Positions 29,381-39,656 of a DNA stretch of 64,000 nucleotides are shown here, one piece after another. The DNA is taken from positions 2,838,650-2,902,649 of the forward strand of contig OY762825.2 of assembly GCA_963666425.2 (NCBI GenBank), given 5' to 3'. A program made the translations under genes and the position numbers. How positions within the stretch are numbered: position 1 is the stretch's first letter; every line of letters begins with the position of its first letter. This DNA comes from Bacillota bacterium. GTDB lineage: Bacteria; Bacillota; JAAYKD01. The notes beneath the pieces were generated by a model. That model made no database searches and was not told the origin of the DNA. It saw nothing but the letters and a program-made list of their open reading frames with translations.

Positions 29381-30850
29381 ATGTACAAGATGGTCGATAA
29401 AGAGTATATCAGAAAACTGTATTACATGGAAGACTGGCCCATCAGGAAAATCAGTCGTCAGCTTCAGATATCACGTCAAGCCATCCGAAAAATGATAGAG
29501 GATACGGAAAAGCCAAAGTATGAAATTAAGAAAGAGCGGCCGGCACCGGTCATGGATCAGTATTTGGAAATATTGCGGAAATGGATTGAAGAAGACGAGA
29601 AAGCTCCGAAAAAACAAAGGCATACTGCGATACGAATGTATGAACGCTTAAGGGATGAACATAATTTTACCGGTGGCAGTTCAACCGTGAGACAGAGCGT
29701 TGCCAAATTGAAAAACAAAGTACCGGAAGTATTTATACCTTTGACGGCAGCACCGGGTGAACAGGTTCAGGTAGACTTCGGGCATGCACAAGTGGTGCTG
29801 GCCGGTCATGAACAGAAAGTAAATATCTTTTGCATGCGTTTGAAGCACAGTTCGGTACCCTTTGTTGTAGCTTTTCCAACAGAACGGCTGGAAGCCTTTT
29901 TGGAAGGACACGTTCAAGGTTTTGCTTACTTCGGTGGTGTGCCAAGAGAAGGTCTCTACGATAATGCGAAGACGCAGGTCGTGAAGATCTTAGAGGGGCC
30001 TTACCGCCAAGAACACGAGGATTTCTCAAGTTTACGCTCTCACTATTTGTTTAACAGTCTTTTTTGCCGACCGAGAAAAGGTAATGAGAAAGGAGCGGTA
30101 GAGGGTCTGGTGAAGCAAGTACGCAGCCAAGCAATGGTTCCCGTGCCGGAATGCGAAAATTTGGAAGAACTTAACGCTTTATTACTGAATTGGTGTAAGA
30201 AAGAAAAATCAAGAAACCAAGAAAAGTGGTTAGCTGAACAGGCGCAATTACGTCCTTTGCCAGTAGAACCATACTCGGCAGCAAAAATAGTGGCTGCGAA
30301 GGTGAGTTCTTACTCACTGGTGACCATTGACCGAAACCGTTACTCCGTTCCCACAGAGTTTGTAGGAGAAAACTTATTTGTTAAAGCTTATGTGAATCGC
30401 ATAGAAGTTCTGCACCGTAACCATGTTATTGCGACTCACGATCGCTGCTACGGTAGGAACCATACTTCTTTACAATTAGAGCATTATCTCAATGCCTTAG
30501 AGAAAAAACCACACGCGGTAACACATGCTACGGTGGTTCGCCAATTGCCTTTACCTTTTCAGCAGGTCAAAGAGAACATGGAGCAAGCGCACGGAACCGG
30601 CTACAAAGATTTTTTACGAGTTCTTTTGTTAACACACGAGTATCCGTTGAATGAAATAGGTGCTGCGATTACCGACCTTGGGGCTTCTCGAGCCTGCGAA
30701 GAGACCCTGAGACACTATTTACAAAGTAAACGAAACCCATTAGAAGAACAGCGAGACCCACAAAGACAACTCCTCACCAATGGGATTCCCCTGATCACCA
30801 TACAAGATACTCAACGCTATGATTTGTTGTTGCAGGGGGTGAGAGCATGA
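29381..30850 (+). CDS. istA: IS21 transposase IstA
   Basis: N-terminal HTH; QVDFG, YDNAK, EKGAVE DDE motifs; NRYSVP. Confidence 0.93.
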   Translation: MYKMVDKEYIRKLYYMEDWPIRKISRQLQISRQAIRKMIEDTEKPKYEIKKERPAPVMDQYLEILRKWIEEDEKAPKKQRHTAIRMYERLRDEHNFTGGSSTVRQSVAKLKNKVPEVFIPLTAAPGEQVQVDFGHAQVVLAGHEQKVNIFCMRLKHSSVPFVVAFPTERLEAFLEGHVQGFAYFGGVPREGLYDNAKTQVVKILEGPYRQEHEDFSSLRSHYLFNSLFCRPRKGNEKGAVEGLVKQVRSQAMVPVPECENLEELNALLLNWCKKEKSRNQEKWLAEQAQLRPLPVEPYSAAKIVAAKVSSYSLVTIDRNRYSVPTEFVGENLFVKAYVNRIEVLHRNHVIATHDRCYGRNHTSLQLEHYLNALEKKPHAVTHATVVRQLPLPFQQVKENMEQAHGTGYKDFLRVLLLTHEYPLNEIGAAITDLGASRACEETLRHYLQSKRNPLEEQRDPQRQLLTNGIPLITIQDTQRYDLLLQGVRA

Positions 30851-31611
30851 GTCTTGATATAACCGAGGCTCAAATTGAGCTCTCTTGTAAACTTCTTCGC
30901 TTACCAGGCTTGAAACAACAGTTTCGCGCTCTGGTTCGCGAAGCAAACGAAAGGAACCTGAATTGTAGTCAATTCTTGAAACTGTGCTTAGAACAAGAAA
31001 TTCACGATCGCCAGGTAAAGAAACAGCAAATTCTGCTTCGTCAGGCTAAATTCCCGGCAAAGAAGACCTTGGCGGATTTCGATTTTACGAAAATCCCGCA
31101 ACTGCCAAAGAACAAAATATTAAAGCTTGCCGATTCCGAATATGTTAAGCGTAAAGAAAATATTATTTGTATTGGCAGAGCTGGAACGGGAAAAAGTCAT
31201 ATTAGCATTGCCTTGGGAATGGAAGCTTTACAAAAGGGTTTTCGAGTTCGGTTCATTTCAGTGATGCAGCTTTTGCAGGAAATTCAATTGGCTGAAGCGG
31301 AATTCCGCTTACCCCGCTACTTAAAAGCATGGAACCGAGTCGATCTTGTTATTCTTGATGAACTTGGTTATCTCCCACTTGGGGAACAGGGTAAACTACT
31401 ATTTCATTTTATCTCTCAACGTTACGAAACAGGAAGCTTGATAATAACCTCTAACTTAGAGTTTTCCCGCTGGGTTGAAGTCTTGCATGACCCAGCATTA
31501 ACTTCTGCCTTGCTAGACAGACTGACTCACCATTCTAATATTATCCTTTTCGATGGAGAATCGTATCGCTTTCGCGAAAGCCTGGCTCGCCAGGCGGTGG
31601 ATTTGAATTAG
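30847..31611 (+). CDS. istB: IS21 helper ATPase IstB
   Basis: GRAGTGKSH, LDELGYLP, LLDRLTHH, GESYR. Confidence 0.95.
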   Translation: MSLDITEAQIELSCKLLRLPGLKQQFRALVREANERNLNCSQFLKLCLEQEIHDRQVKKQQILLRQAKFPAKKTLADFDFTKIPQLPKNKILKLADSEYVKRKENIICIGRAGTGKSHISIALGMEALQKGFRVRFISVMQLLQEIQLAEAEFRLPRYLKAWNRVDLVILDELGYLPLGEQGKLLFHFISQRYETGSLIITSNLEFSRWVEVLHDPALTSALLDRLTHHSNIILFDGESYRFRESLARQAVDLN

Positions 31612-31899
31612 TTTTCACTAAGTTTTTATCTTATTTTTTTACGCCAAGGTGGTCAACTTTTCGAATAGCAAGGTGGTCAACTTTTCGATTGACAAATACA
31701 AGGTTAGGATTAACCAATATCTGGTTCATTAAAAAATACTATTTGTGTCATGCAAACCGAGCCAATATACAGTAACATTAGCAATTATCTCGAGATGAAG
31801 GCTGAATCGACATTGACAATTCCGATTTTTTAAAGTAAATTATGCTGGAAGACAAATTTTACTTTCTGTATTAGAAAAAGAAAAACGGAGGGAATCATC

Positions 31900-32277
31900 A
31901 TGATCAAACTACCAGAGACTGTTCTTAAAGCTTGGGAAAATCGAGAGAATGCTATTGTTTTAACTACCGTAGATGAGCAAGGACTACCGAATGCCATCTA
32001 TGCAACCTGTGTCTCACTGTTTAATGACAGCACATTTGTCATTGCAGACAATTTCTTTGACAAAACTCGTAAGAATATTTTGGCAAAGAGTGCGGGATCG
32101 CTTCTTTTTATTACAAAAGATGGTAAATCGTACCAGGTAAAAGGCACACTCACCTATCATAAGGAAGGTGAAATCTTCGATAATATGAAGCAATGGAATC
32201 CTACAAGATTACCGGGTCACGCAGCTGCGGCATTAAATATTACAGAAGTTTATTCAGGCTCTACTAAGCTTGCCTAA
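31900..32277 (+). CDS. Pyridoxamine 5'-phosphate oxidase-like FMN-binding protein
   Basis: VLTTVD.QGLPN, IADNFFDKTRKNI, SYQVKG. Confidence 0.82.
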   Translation: MIKLPETVLKAWENRENAIVLTTVDEQGLPNAIYATCVSLFNDSTFVIADNFFDKTRKNILAKSAGSLLFITKDGKSYQVKGTLTYHKEGEIFDNMKQWNPTRLPGHAAAALNITEVYSGSTKLA

Positions 32278-32348
32278 CTAAATGGATTAAACTTCATAGA
32301 GATAGGCTTACGAAGTTTGCAAATGACCTCGGAAGCCTATTATTATAT

Positions 32349-32377
32349 TGTTCCAAGGGGACGGGGGTGTTGGCACA
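32349..32377 (+). repeat. 29-bp site copy
   Basis: TGTTCCAAGGGGACGGGGGTGTTGGCACA. Confidence 0.95.
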
Positions 32378-32466
32378 GCAGCAGACCCGCAATTCAATCA
32401 AATATGTCTCAGCAAGAAGCTTAGCAACATTAGGTAGCAATGAGATTAGAATTAGGAGTTGATGAA

Positions 32467-34167
32467 ATGAATAAAAGATTTGTTGGCATGTGCATGCTGT
32501 TTTTTGCATTTAGTATAGCATTTATGAACCCGGTTTTTGCTGCAAATGGATCAATCGACGTCATAACAACACTCCCAACTTTTAATGTTACTCTGAATGG
32601 TGTAGAAATTAACAACCATGCTAACCTGTATCCTTTACTGGTATATAAGGACATTACTTATTTCCCATTGACATATAGTGACAGTAGATTTTTGGGCTTG
32701 GAATCCAACTGGAAGGGAATCCAAGAAGGTCTATCGATTGATTCGACAGATATTACTGCTGCGTATGATCTTCATCAAACAGAGGATAACTATGACAGTG
32801 GCTATCTGGCAACAATGCCATCCTTCCCAGTTATGATAAACGGGAAGTTAATTGATAACAGTAGGGAAGAATATCCGATATTGTTATTTCGGAATATAAC
32901 ATATTTTCCAATCACCTGGCGGTTCGCGGTTGATGAATTTGATTGGGATTATAGTTTTGATTTGAATAACGGTCTGTCGATCGAATCGAATAACATTCAT
33001 TTGCTCCAAAGCTCAGTTCCCAATGACAGAGCGGAAGACTCAGAAGTAATGGCAATAGCAGGTGGGTATCTCTATTATGTCGGCGCAAATGGATGGATCA
33101 TGCAATCCAAGATTCTTCCTGTCAGTACTATTGAACTTTTCCATGGTATGAACGAAGCAACAATAGGCAAAGCAGTCTATCAACTCCCTTTTAACAGTCT
33201 AGGTGATGGTAAATCATATGTTTTACCCCGGTTATATTCAGAAAATGGAGAGGCTTATCTATCGTTTTATAATGGCGGAGCGACCATGGGAACGGATTAT
33301 CTCTTTCACCTGAACGGTGATGGAGCCACACTGATCAATCATTCCAGAAACGTTAATAAATCTTTTGGAGATAAAGAATTCCTTTGGTGGGTAGGATCTG
33401 CACCGGCTGCAGGAAATTTGTACATGAAAACCTCAAGTACGGTTAATACTGCGGACCCAACTTATCCCGGCTGGGAAAAAATAGGATCCCCAGATTACCT
33501 GTATGGCTGGAACTGGAGTATTGACGATTCGGTTGGCATTCCGGGCGTGAGTGAGGGTGGGTCCGGATCGAGCGACTGCTATCTGATTGGCGATAATTTA
33601 TATATTCTTGCATTTGATACGCGGGCAGCTGCTGAATATATCAAAAACGGCGGTAGCAAACCGACAACCGGACTGTATCAGGTGAATATTAAGACGAATG
33701 AAACGAAAAGAATTAGCGAACAGGAAGTGACAGGATTTACTGTTGATGGTGATTCTATTTACTATCATAATCGATATGTCGAGCTCTTCCGGTATCAAAT
33801 ATCGGAAAAGAAGGAATATCCATTACCGACAAAACTTGAGAGAGGTAACAATTTCATTGAGCGCTTTGAAGTTCTGGGAGGTCAGATCTATTTTGAAAGC
33901 GGAGTGGATCACGGACTCTATCATCCTGCTTATGAGACGATCGGATGGAGTGTGCGCGAATTGAAACTGACCGGTTCCAATCAGGACTATGTAGCTTGTA
34001 CGCTCTCGGGGAGTCCAGAGTTTCCCGACAGGATTGTTTTGTTTGATCGCACAGGAAAAAAGGTCTTCAGATCATCGGATGAATCGCGCGCACTAACAGT
34101 TGAAGGTGACTATATTTACTATTTCAATCAAAGCACCAACACAATCTGCATAGGAGACTTAAAGTGA
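32467..34167 (+). CDS. Secreted protein with duplicated N-terminal YP(L/I)L..ITYFP domain and a probable beta-propeller (DUF5050-like)
   Basis: Signal peptide ending PVFA; YPLLVYKDITYFPLT / YPILLFRNITYFPIT; GDSIYY and GDYIYY repeats; TGA stop begins a degenerate site. Confidence 0.7.
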   Translation: MNKRFVGMCMLFFAFSIAFMNPVFAANGSIDVITTLPTFNVTLNGVEINNHANLYPLLVYKDITYFPLTYSDSRFLGLESNWKGIQEGLSIDSTDITAAYDLHQTEDNYDSGYLATMPSFPVMINGKLIDNSREEYPILLFRNITYFPITWRFAVDEFDWDYSFDLNNGLSIESNNIHLLQSSVPNDRAEDSEVMAIAGGYLYYVGANGWIMQSKILPVSTIELFHGMNEATIGKAVYQLPFNSLGDGKSYVLPRLYSENGEAYLSFYNGGATMGTDYLFHLNGDGATLINHSRNVNKSFGDKEFLWWVGSAPAAGNLYMKTSSTVNTADPTYPGWEKIGSPDYLYGWNWSIDDSVGIPGVSEGGSGSSDCYLIGDNLYILAFDTRAAAEYIKNGGSKPTTGLYQVNIKTNETKRISEQEVTGFTVDGDSIYYHNRYVELFRYQISEKKEYPLPTKLERGNNFIERFEVLGGQIYFESGVDHGLYHPAYETIGWSVRELKLTGSNQDYVACTLSGSPEFPDRIVLFDRTGKKVFRSSDESRALTVEGDYIYYFNQSTNTICIGDLK

Positions 34168-34190
34168 GCCAGGGGGGCGGGGATGGCAAA
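34165..34190 (+). repeat. Degenerate 29-bp site
   Basis: TGAGCCAGGGGGGCGGGGATGGCAAA. Confidence 0.7.
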
Positions 34191-34355
34191 GCAATTTCTG
34201 GTTAGCTTTAGTGAAGTAGGTTTTCACTTGATGCAGCAGACGTGAAGACGATGTATTCTAAACATGCGGGTGGAATGAGTGAGCTGAACTCTGCGTGGCT
34301 ATGCCATAGTGTTGATTTTAGATAGAGATTGATTAGAATTTAATGAGGTAAGAAA

Positions 34356-34895
34356 ATGAATGCATTAATTATCAATTGCAGCCCCGTACGAACGGGGGCC
34401 ACTGCTGAAATTGTCAGGATTGCTGCTGAAATCTTGAATGAGAAATATTGTACAAAAGCGGTTTGTATAGATGATTACGATATTCGTTTTTGCACAGGAT
34501 GTAGAAGTTGTCATACAACGGCTGAGTGTATCCAGCATGATGATGTAGCGCAAGTGATGGAGGAATTTGAATGGGCTGACGTTATTGTATCAGTAGCTCC
34601 TTCGTATTGGGCAGACATACCGGGGCAATTTAAAGCATTCATTGACAGATGCACTCCGTGGTGCGACACGCACCAACCTCATGCATCGATCAGTAGTGGA
34701 AAAAAAGGCTATACAATTGCATTGAGAACCGGTCCAAGTATGAGAGAATGCAATCGAGTAATAGAAAGCATTGAGCACTTCTACGGCCATTTGGCAATTG
34801 CGTGCTGCAATAAGCTTGGTTTATGTTCTATCGAGTGTAAAGACATGGTAGAACCAAGAAGGAATGAAATTATTGAATTTTGCAGAGGAATCTAA
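34356..34895 (+). CDS. Flavodoxin-like NAD(P)H-dependent FMN reductase / iron-sulfur flavoprotein
   Basis: INCSP, CTGCRSC..C, PSYW, FKAFIDR. Confidence 0.85.
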   Translation: MNALIINCSPVRTGATAEIVRIAAEILNEKYCTKAVCIDDYDIRFCTGCRSCHTTAECIQHDDVAQVMEEFEWADVIVSVAPSYWADIPGQFKAFIDRCTPWCDTHQPHASISSGKKGYTIALRTGPSMRECNRVIESIEHFYGHLAIACCNKLGLCSIECKDMVEPRRNEIIEFCRGI

Positions 34896-35046
34896 CTCGG
34901 CAAAGTATGATGACTTATTTTCAAAAGGCAGCAAAATAAAGAAAGTGCTTATCTTGCGCCTCCTGAAACTGCGCTCACCGATGGCACCGATTTTCAGGCT
35001 GAAATTGTCCGCCATGTTGTCTCAACTCTTCAAAAAGCATGAAAAA

Positions 35047-36867
35047 GGGGCTGTAGCAAAACAGCCTAAAAAAACAGAGCCAAGTGGCTGCGAAAAGCAG
35101 ACACAAGGCTCTGTTTTTTTGGTATAATTGAATCGTGAAAAAACCACTACACCGTGTCCATTATGGCACGAAAAAAAGAAATGTGCAACTAAAACTTGAC
35201 GAATTTTTTGCTGAGAAAATAATTCCTGCAGATGACAGTGTGCGGCTCTTAGACGAAATAATGGAGGAGATGGATGAGACCCCGCTTTGGAGAGCATATC
35301 AACGCACAGGCCGTCGCCCGGCAACAAATCCCGTTACCATGCTGAAGCTAATGGTATATGCCAGTATGCAAGGCATTTTTTCCAGCCGCGCCATCGCCAT
35401 GGCATGTAAGCGAGATATCAATTTCATCTGGCTGCTCAATGGAAAAAAAGCACCTAACCACAGCGAAATCGCGCGTTTTCGAAGTAAACGGCTGACAAAA
35501 TGCGGTGAGGAGCTTTTCTACCAATTGGTGAAAAAGCTGGCAAACTTGAGTGAAATCAAGTTTGAGCATCTGTTTGTAGACGGGACAAAACTCGAAGCGA
35601 ATGCGAACAAGTATAGCTTTGTCTGGAAAAAAAGCACGACGAAATATGAAAGCAGGCTACTTGACAAACTGTCGAAGTGGCTGCCTGAGCTGTCTGCAAA
35701 ATACGGTATTCTGGCAGAAACGTCGGAAGATTTGCTGCAGATCCTCGAGCGCCGGATAACCGCACCGTTTGTCTACGGCAAGGGCAAGCGAAAAAGCGAG
35801 TTGCAAAGGGATATCGAGCAGCTTCGGGAACTGCTCGGCCGGAAAGAAAAGTATGCCGGATATCAAACGACCTTCCAAGGGCGGAATAGCTTCTCTAAAA
35901 TTGATCCGGATGCGACTTTCATGCATATGAAAGACGATCATATGCGTAACGCGCAATTGAAACCGGGTTATAACATCCAACTTGGAGTGGAAGGTGAATA
36001 TATTACAGGTGTCCAGGTTTCCAGTGAGCGCAGCGATCAGCTTACACTCATACCCTTGCTGGAAAATATGGAATCACATCTGGGGACAAGTTACGAAGAT
36101 GTCACAGCGGATGCGGGTTATGAGAGCGAGGAAAATTACACCTTTTTTGAAAATAAAACCACACAGTGTTACATTAAGCCTCAAAATTATGAGCGGTCTA
36201 AAACGAAGAAATACAAGAGCAACATGGCGCTGAGGGAAAACATGGCCTATGACAAGACACTGGATGAATACACCTGTCAGGCTGAAAAGAAGCTCAGAGC
36301 AGTTTATACAGGCAAACGTAAGAGCAAGTCTGGTTTTGAAAGTGAGATCACCTACTACGCATGTGAGGATTGCGGAACGTGTCCCTATAAAAAGAAATGC
36401 ACCCGATCGAAGGGAAACAGGAAACTGCAGGTCTCCAAGAAATTCATTGAGCAGCGTCAACAGTCACTGGAGCGGATCACCAGTGCCAAGGGGATCTTGC
36501 TGCGGATGAATCGTTCCATTCAGTCAGAAGGAGCCTTCGGCGTGATCAAGCAGGATTACGGCTTCCGTCAGTTCCTGCTCCGCGGCAATAAAAAGGTTTT
36601 GGCAGAGATTCTTTTGGTGGCAATGGGCTACAACATCAACAAATTACACAACAAGATTCAACAAAATCGCACCGGCAGACAATTGTTTAAAAAACTTACG
36701 GCTTAACAATAGTAAAAATCAGAATATTTCCTGTATTTGGGTGAGATTTTATCTGACCTTTATATTTCTGTCTGCTGTTTTTCGTATTAGCTTGTTTTTC
36801 GTTTGTGAAAAATGATACTGGAGCATCAAAAAGAGACTGTAGCAATTTTTCATTTTGCTACAGCCCC
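35047..36867 (+). mobile_element. IS1182-family element
   Basis: Terminal IRs GGGGCTGTAGCAAAA / TTTTGCTACAGCCCC; no clear target duplication seen. Confidence 0.85.
35135..36706 (+). CDS. IS1182-family DDE transposase
   Basis: FVDGTKLEANAN, DPDATFMHMK, ADAGYESEENY, RSIQSEGAFG.IK. Confidence 0.92.
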   Translation: MKKPLHRVHYGTKKRNVQLKLDEFFAEKIIPADDSVRLLDEIMEEMDETPLWRAYQRTGRRPATNPVTMLKLMVYASMQGIFSSRAIAMACKRDINFIWLLNGKKAPNHSEIARFRSKRLTKCGEELFYQLVKKLANLSEIKFEHLFVDGTKLEANANKYSFVWKKSTTKYESRLLDKLSKWLPELSAKYGILAETSEDLLQILERRITAPFVYGKGKRKSELQRDIEQLRELLGRKEKYAGYQTTFQGRNSFSKIDPDATFMHMKDDHMRNAQLKPGYNIQLGVEGEYITGVQVSSERSDQLTLIPLLENMESHLGTSYEDVTADAGYESEENYTFFENKTTQCYIKPQNYERSKTKKYKSNMALRENMAYDKTLDEYTCQAEKKLRAVYTGKRKSKSGFESEITYYACEDCGTCPYKKKCTRSKGNRKLQVSKKFIEQRQQSLERITSAKGILLRMNRSIQSEGAFGVIKQDYGFRQFLLRGNKKVLAEILLVAMGYNINKLHNKIQQNRTGRQLFKKLTA

Positions 36868-36899
36868 TTAAAAGACGTTTATGGTCATCCTAATGATAA

Positions 36900-37343
36900 C
36901 TATTCGCTGGTTTCGCATTCGCTTTGCATTTTCTTTAACGCATTATTGAATTCACTGGCAATTCTATTTTCGTTGATCCACATCACAAGATTTACGGTTA
37001 AATCTATTATGAAGATAGCAACACCAAGCGCTATCGTCATAGAGATATCGTTAAGCAGTCCAATGAAATAGAGAACTGACAGAATGATAGCTTCAAGCAA
37101 GATGAAGTGAAGAAGGTTTCTTATCGCTGCCTGCTTCAAAGACATCTCTCGTTTTGAGTATTTCACTAGTGTGGGAAGTGAAGCAGTCGCACCGAAGATT
37201 AATGGTGAAAAAAACGCTTCATAACCAAACCGAGTGTTGGGTTCGTAGAGCAAGCCAATCAGAGCCATAGCCAGGCAAATGCATGTAACCGATATAAAAA
37301 AGCTTATCATAACCTTTTTTATAAAAAAAGTTTTAAAGTCCAT
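36900..37343 (-). CDS. DUF3021-like membrane protein
   Basis: Four TM segments, HFILL, IASEFNNALK; coupled to a LytTR gene. Confidence 0.7.
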   Translation of the reverse strand: MDFKTFFIKKVMISFFISVTCICLAMALIGLLYEPNTRFGYEAFFSPLIFGATASLPTLVKYSKREMSLKQAAIRNLLHFILLEAIILSVLYFIGLLNDISMTIALGVAIFIIDLTVNLVMWINENRIASEFNNALKKMQSECETSE

Positions 37344-37344
37344 T

Positions 37345-37788
37345 TTATTTACCTCCCATGACTGCGCGTTTTATTTCCGGCACATACTGCCTTGATATGA
37401 TGATCTCTTCACCGTTTTTCATGTGAGCCGTAAATCGCCCGTTTAAAGCCGGGCTGATGCCCTCAAGCTTCATCAGGTTGAGAACAAAGGATTTAGAGCA
37501 GCGGACAAAATGTTTATCCGCATAAGCATTCTCAAGCTCATACAGACGGATTTTGAGTTCATACGACCTGCTCTTTGTATAGGCAAACACCCGCTCGTCC
37601 ACCGCCTCAAAATAGAAAACCTCGGAGAGATTAAACTGATAGATACGCTCGTCAACGTTTCCCGTTAATATTGTCCCCTTGGTGAGAGCATACGAGCGTA
37701 TACTCTCGATATCGGGTGTTACCTCAACGCATTCTATAATCAGACACTCATCGGCTTTTTCGCTGATTTGCTTGATACGTACTTTCAT
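37345..37788 (-). CDS. Stand-alone LytTR DNA-binding protein
   Basis: YFEAVD, RLYELE, FVRCSKS..LN, NGEEIIISRQYV. Confidence 0.9.
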   Translation of the reverse strand: MKVRIKQISEKADECLIIECVEVTPDIESIRSYALTKGTILTGNVDERIYQFNLSEVFYFEAVDERVFAYTKSRSYELKIRLYELENAYADKHFVRCSKSFVLNLMKLEGISPALNGRFTAHMKNGEEIIISRQYVPEIKRAVMGGK

Positions 37789-37790
37789 GA

Positions 37791-39092
37791 TTAATATTCC
37801 TTTGCGATTTTTACTTCTCCCGCGTTTTTTAAATAGCAGTTGAAAAATTCCAGCACAACTTTGTTCATTGTTTCAATACAATACCTTGCGTCAATCGTAC
37901 CCACACCAAGCATTTTGGACAGTGTTGGAGAGAACAAGGGCAAATCGGTAAAGTTCAGATGCCCCGCATCTTGAAACACTGTCTCATAGGCACAGAGAGC
38001 ATTCTGAGTCGCATGAAAGTTCTCATAGGCATCTCCAACAGATTCCTTTGCATTTGTGTAATGATCCTCTGCATAGATGTTAAGCAGTGGCACCTGATAG
38101 GGCGTATCATTCAAAACAGCAGAGTTGTTTTCATATGCAATCTCTTCGCCCAGCATCGTTCCGTCCAGGACGATTACCGCATCTATATCATCCCGTGTTC
38201 TGCCAATTTGCGCAGACGAAGCACCACCAAGAGAATGTCCCATCAATCCGATTTCTTCTGTGTTTATGATAGAAAATAACTCATCGGTATTACCTTTTCC
38301 GCAATCAGCTAGAATTGTATTAATAACGAAATTTTCATCATCTGTACGAATCTTCATCCATTCACTGGTGGTAATATAAATTTCTTCTTCGTGACTTGTA
38401 TCACGATCATTACTGATTTCAATTGCTGTATTGAGAAAATCAGTGTTTACTATTGAAAGTTTACCGCTTGTGTCCATTGTATAGAACGCCTGATAGGTAT
38501 GACCGATGCTTGCGACAACATATCCGTTTGAGGCAAGTTCCTCAAATGTAGAGTAATTACTGCCGCTGAAGCCAAACGCACCATGGGAAAAAACAACAAG
38601 CGGATAGGTCTGATCAGCGTTTTTGGGATACCAGAATTCAACCGTTAAAGCTCTGTTTTCACCAGATTTCGAGAATTCATCCATCCGGTTGGTATCAATC
38701 CAGGTATATTTTGCCATCGCTACTTCATATTCACCTGTAGTTTTCGGCTGCTGATATTGCGGGCATAGAATAGCAAGGAACAGAGCAAAGCTAAAGATGA
38801 AACAGTTCCTTACGAAACGAAAAATGTTTTTCCTCAGCCCATATTCCATTGCTCTTTTTCTGACGAGTATCACCGTGCCAACAAGCGCCTGTATCACCAG
38901 TACGAGTAATAACATCGTGTAGCGGAAGCTCCAATCATAAATGCCTGTGATCAGCAACAAACAGAACAGCACCAGTAGGCCGATACTGATAATTGCTTTC
39001 TCTTCTCTGTGATTGTTTCTTGTGACGATTGACCATGCTAAAAAAAATGTCTCCAACGCGAGTAATAACACCAGTGTAAGAATTCCCATCAT
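37791..39092 (-). CDS. Membrane-anchored alpha/beta hydrolase (PAF-acetylhydrolase-like)
   Basis: VVFSHG, GHSLGG, LDG, HLNFTD; RBS GGAGGG before 39092. Confidence 0.85.
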   Translation of the reverse strand: MMGILTLVLLLALETFFLAWSIVTRNNHREEKAIISIGLLVLFCLLLITGIYDWSFRYTMLLLVLVIQALVGTVILVRKRAMEYGLRKNIFRFVRNCFIFSFALFLAILCPQYQQPKTTGEYEVAMAKYTWIDTNRMDEFSKSGENRALTVEFWYPKNADQTYPLVVFSHGAFGFSGSNYSTFEELASNGYVVASIGHTYQAFYTMDTSGKLSIVNTDFLNTAIEISNDRDTSHEEEIYITTSEWMKIRTDDENFVINTILADCGKGNTDELFSIINTEEIGLMGHSLGGASSAQIGRTRDDIDAVIVLDGTMLGEEIAYENNSAVLNDTPYQVPLLNIYAEDHYTNAKESVGDAYENFHATQNALCAYETVFQDAGHLNFTDLPLFSPTLSKMLGVGTIDARYCIETMNKVVLEFFNCYLKNAGEVKIAKEY

Positions 39093-39408
39093 TTCACCCT
39101 CCAATTGATTTCTAACGCAACCATAACTGAAATCCACTTTGATATCAATCAATTTTGGATGAAATGCGTTCTGGAAGGATGAGTTACGTTGAAGTGCTGG
39201 AGCTAAGTCAAAGAGGCCGCAAATGCTAAGATTGCCTGACCGAGCATTGTTTGGTATCATAGTTTAAAAGAGAAAAGGAAAGACACCCCTCAACAAGGAA
39301 CTCAATCTGTAACCAGCAGCAGAGCCCAAGCGGTGTCCTACCAAAGCATGCTGATTGTATCAGACTTTACCTTTGAGCGCAAGAAGGGGCACAGAAAAAT
39401 CTCACTAA

Positions 39409-39437
39409 TGTTCCAGGGGGACGGGGGTGTTGGCACA
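39409..39437 (+). repeat. 29-bp site copy
   Basis: TGTTCCAGGGGGACGGGGGTGTTGGCACA. Confidence 0.95.
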
Positions 39438-39656
39438 TTTTGACTGCACAGATTTTGTTCTGGTCCGGCAGCCCTTTGAGACGGCCACGATTAGATCTAA
39501 AATTGAAGCAGATCAAAAGCGTTCCCCTAGATTGTTCATTAAGCTATTGTAATCTCTGCTTTTGTGTGTAATGTCTTTGCGCATGGATAGATCAAGAAAA
39601 TTTCATCATTCCCCTGGGTAACTTCATCCGGAATATACAATAATTAATACATAAAA

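Larger units (their letters stand above)
29259..31700 (+). mobile_element. Complete IS21-family element with 6-bp target duplication AGGTTA
   Basis: Ends TGTATATGCTAATC... and ...GATTGACAAATACA; reiterated GAAAAGTTGACCACCTTG subterminal repeats; AGGTTA at 29253-29258 and 31701-31706. Confidence 0.92.

Noticed and set aside
29259-36867. IS21 or IS1182 transposases as the enzymes acting on the 29-bp site
   Set aside because: Both have their own unrelated terminal repeats and sit inside blocks rather than at sites; they look like later insertions.
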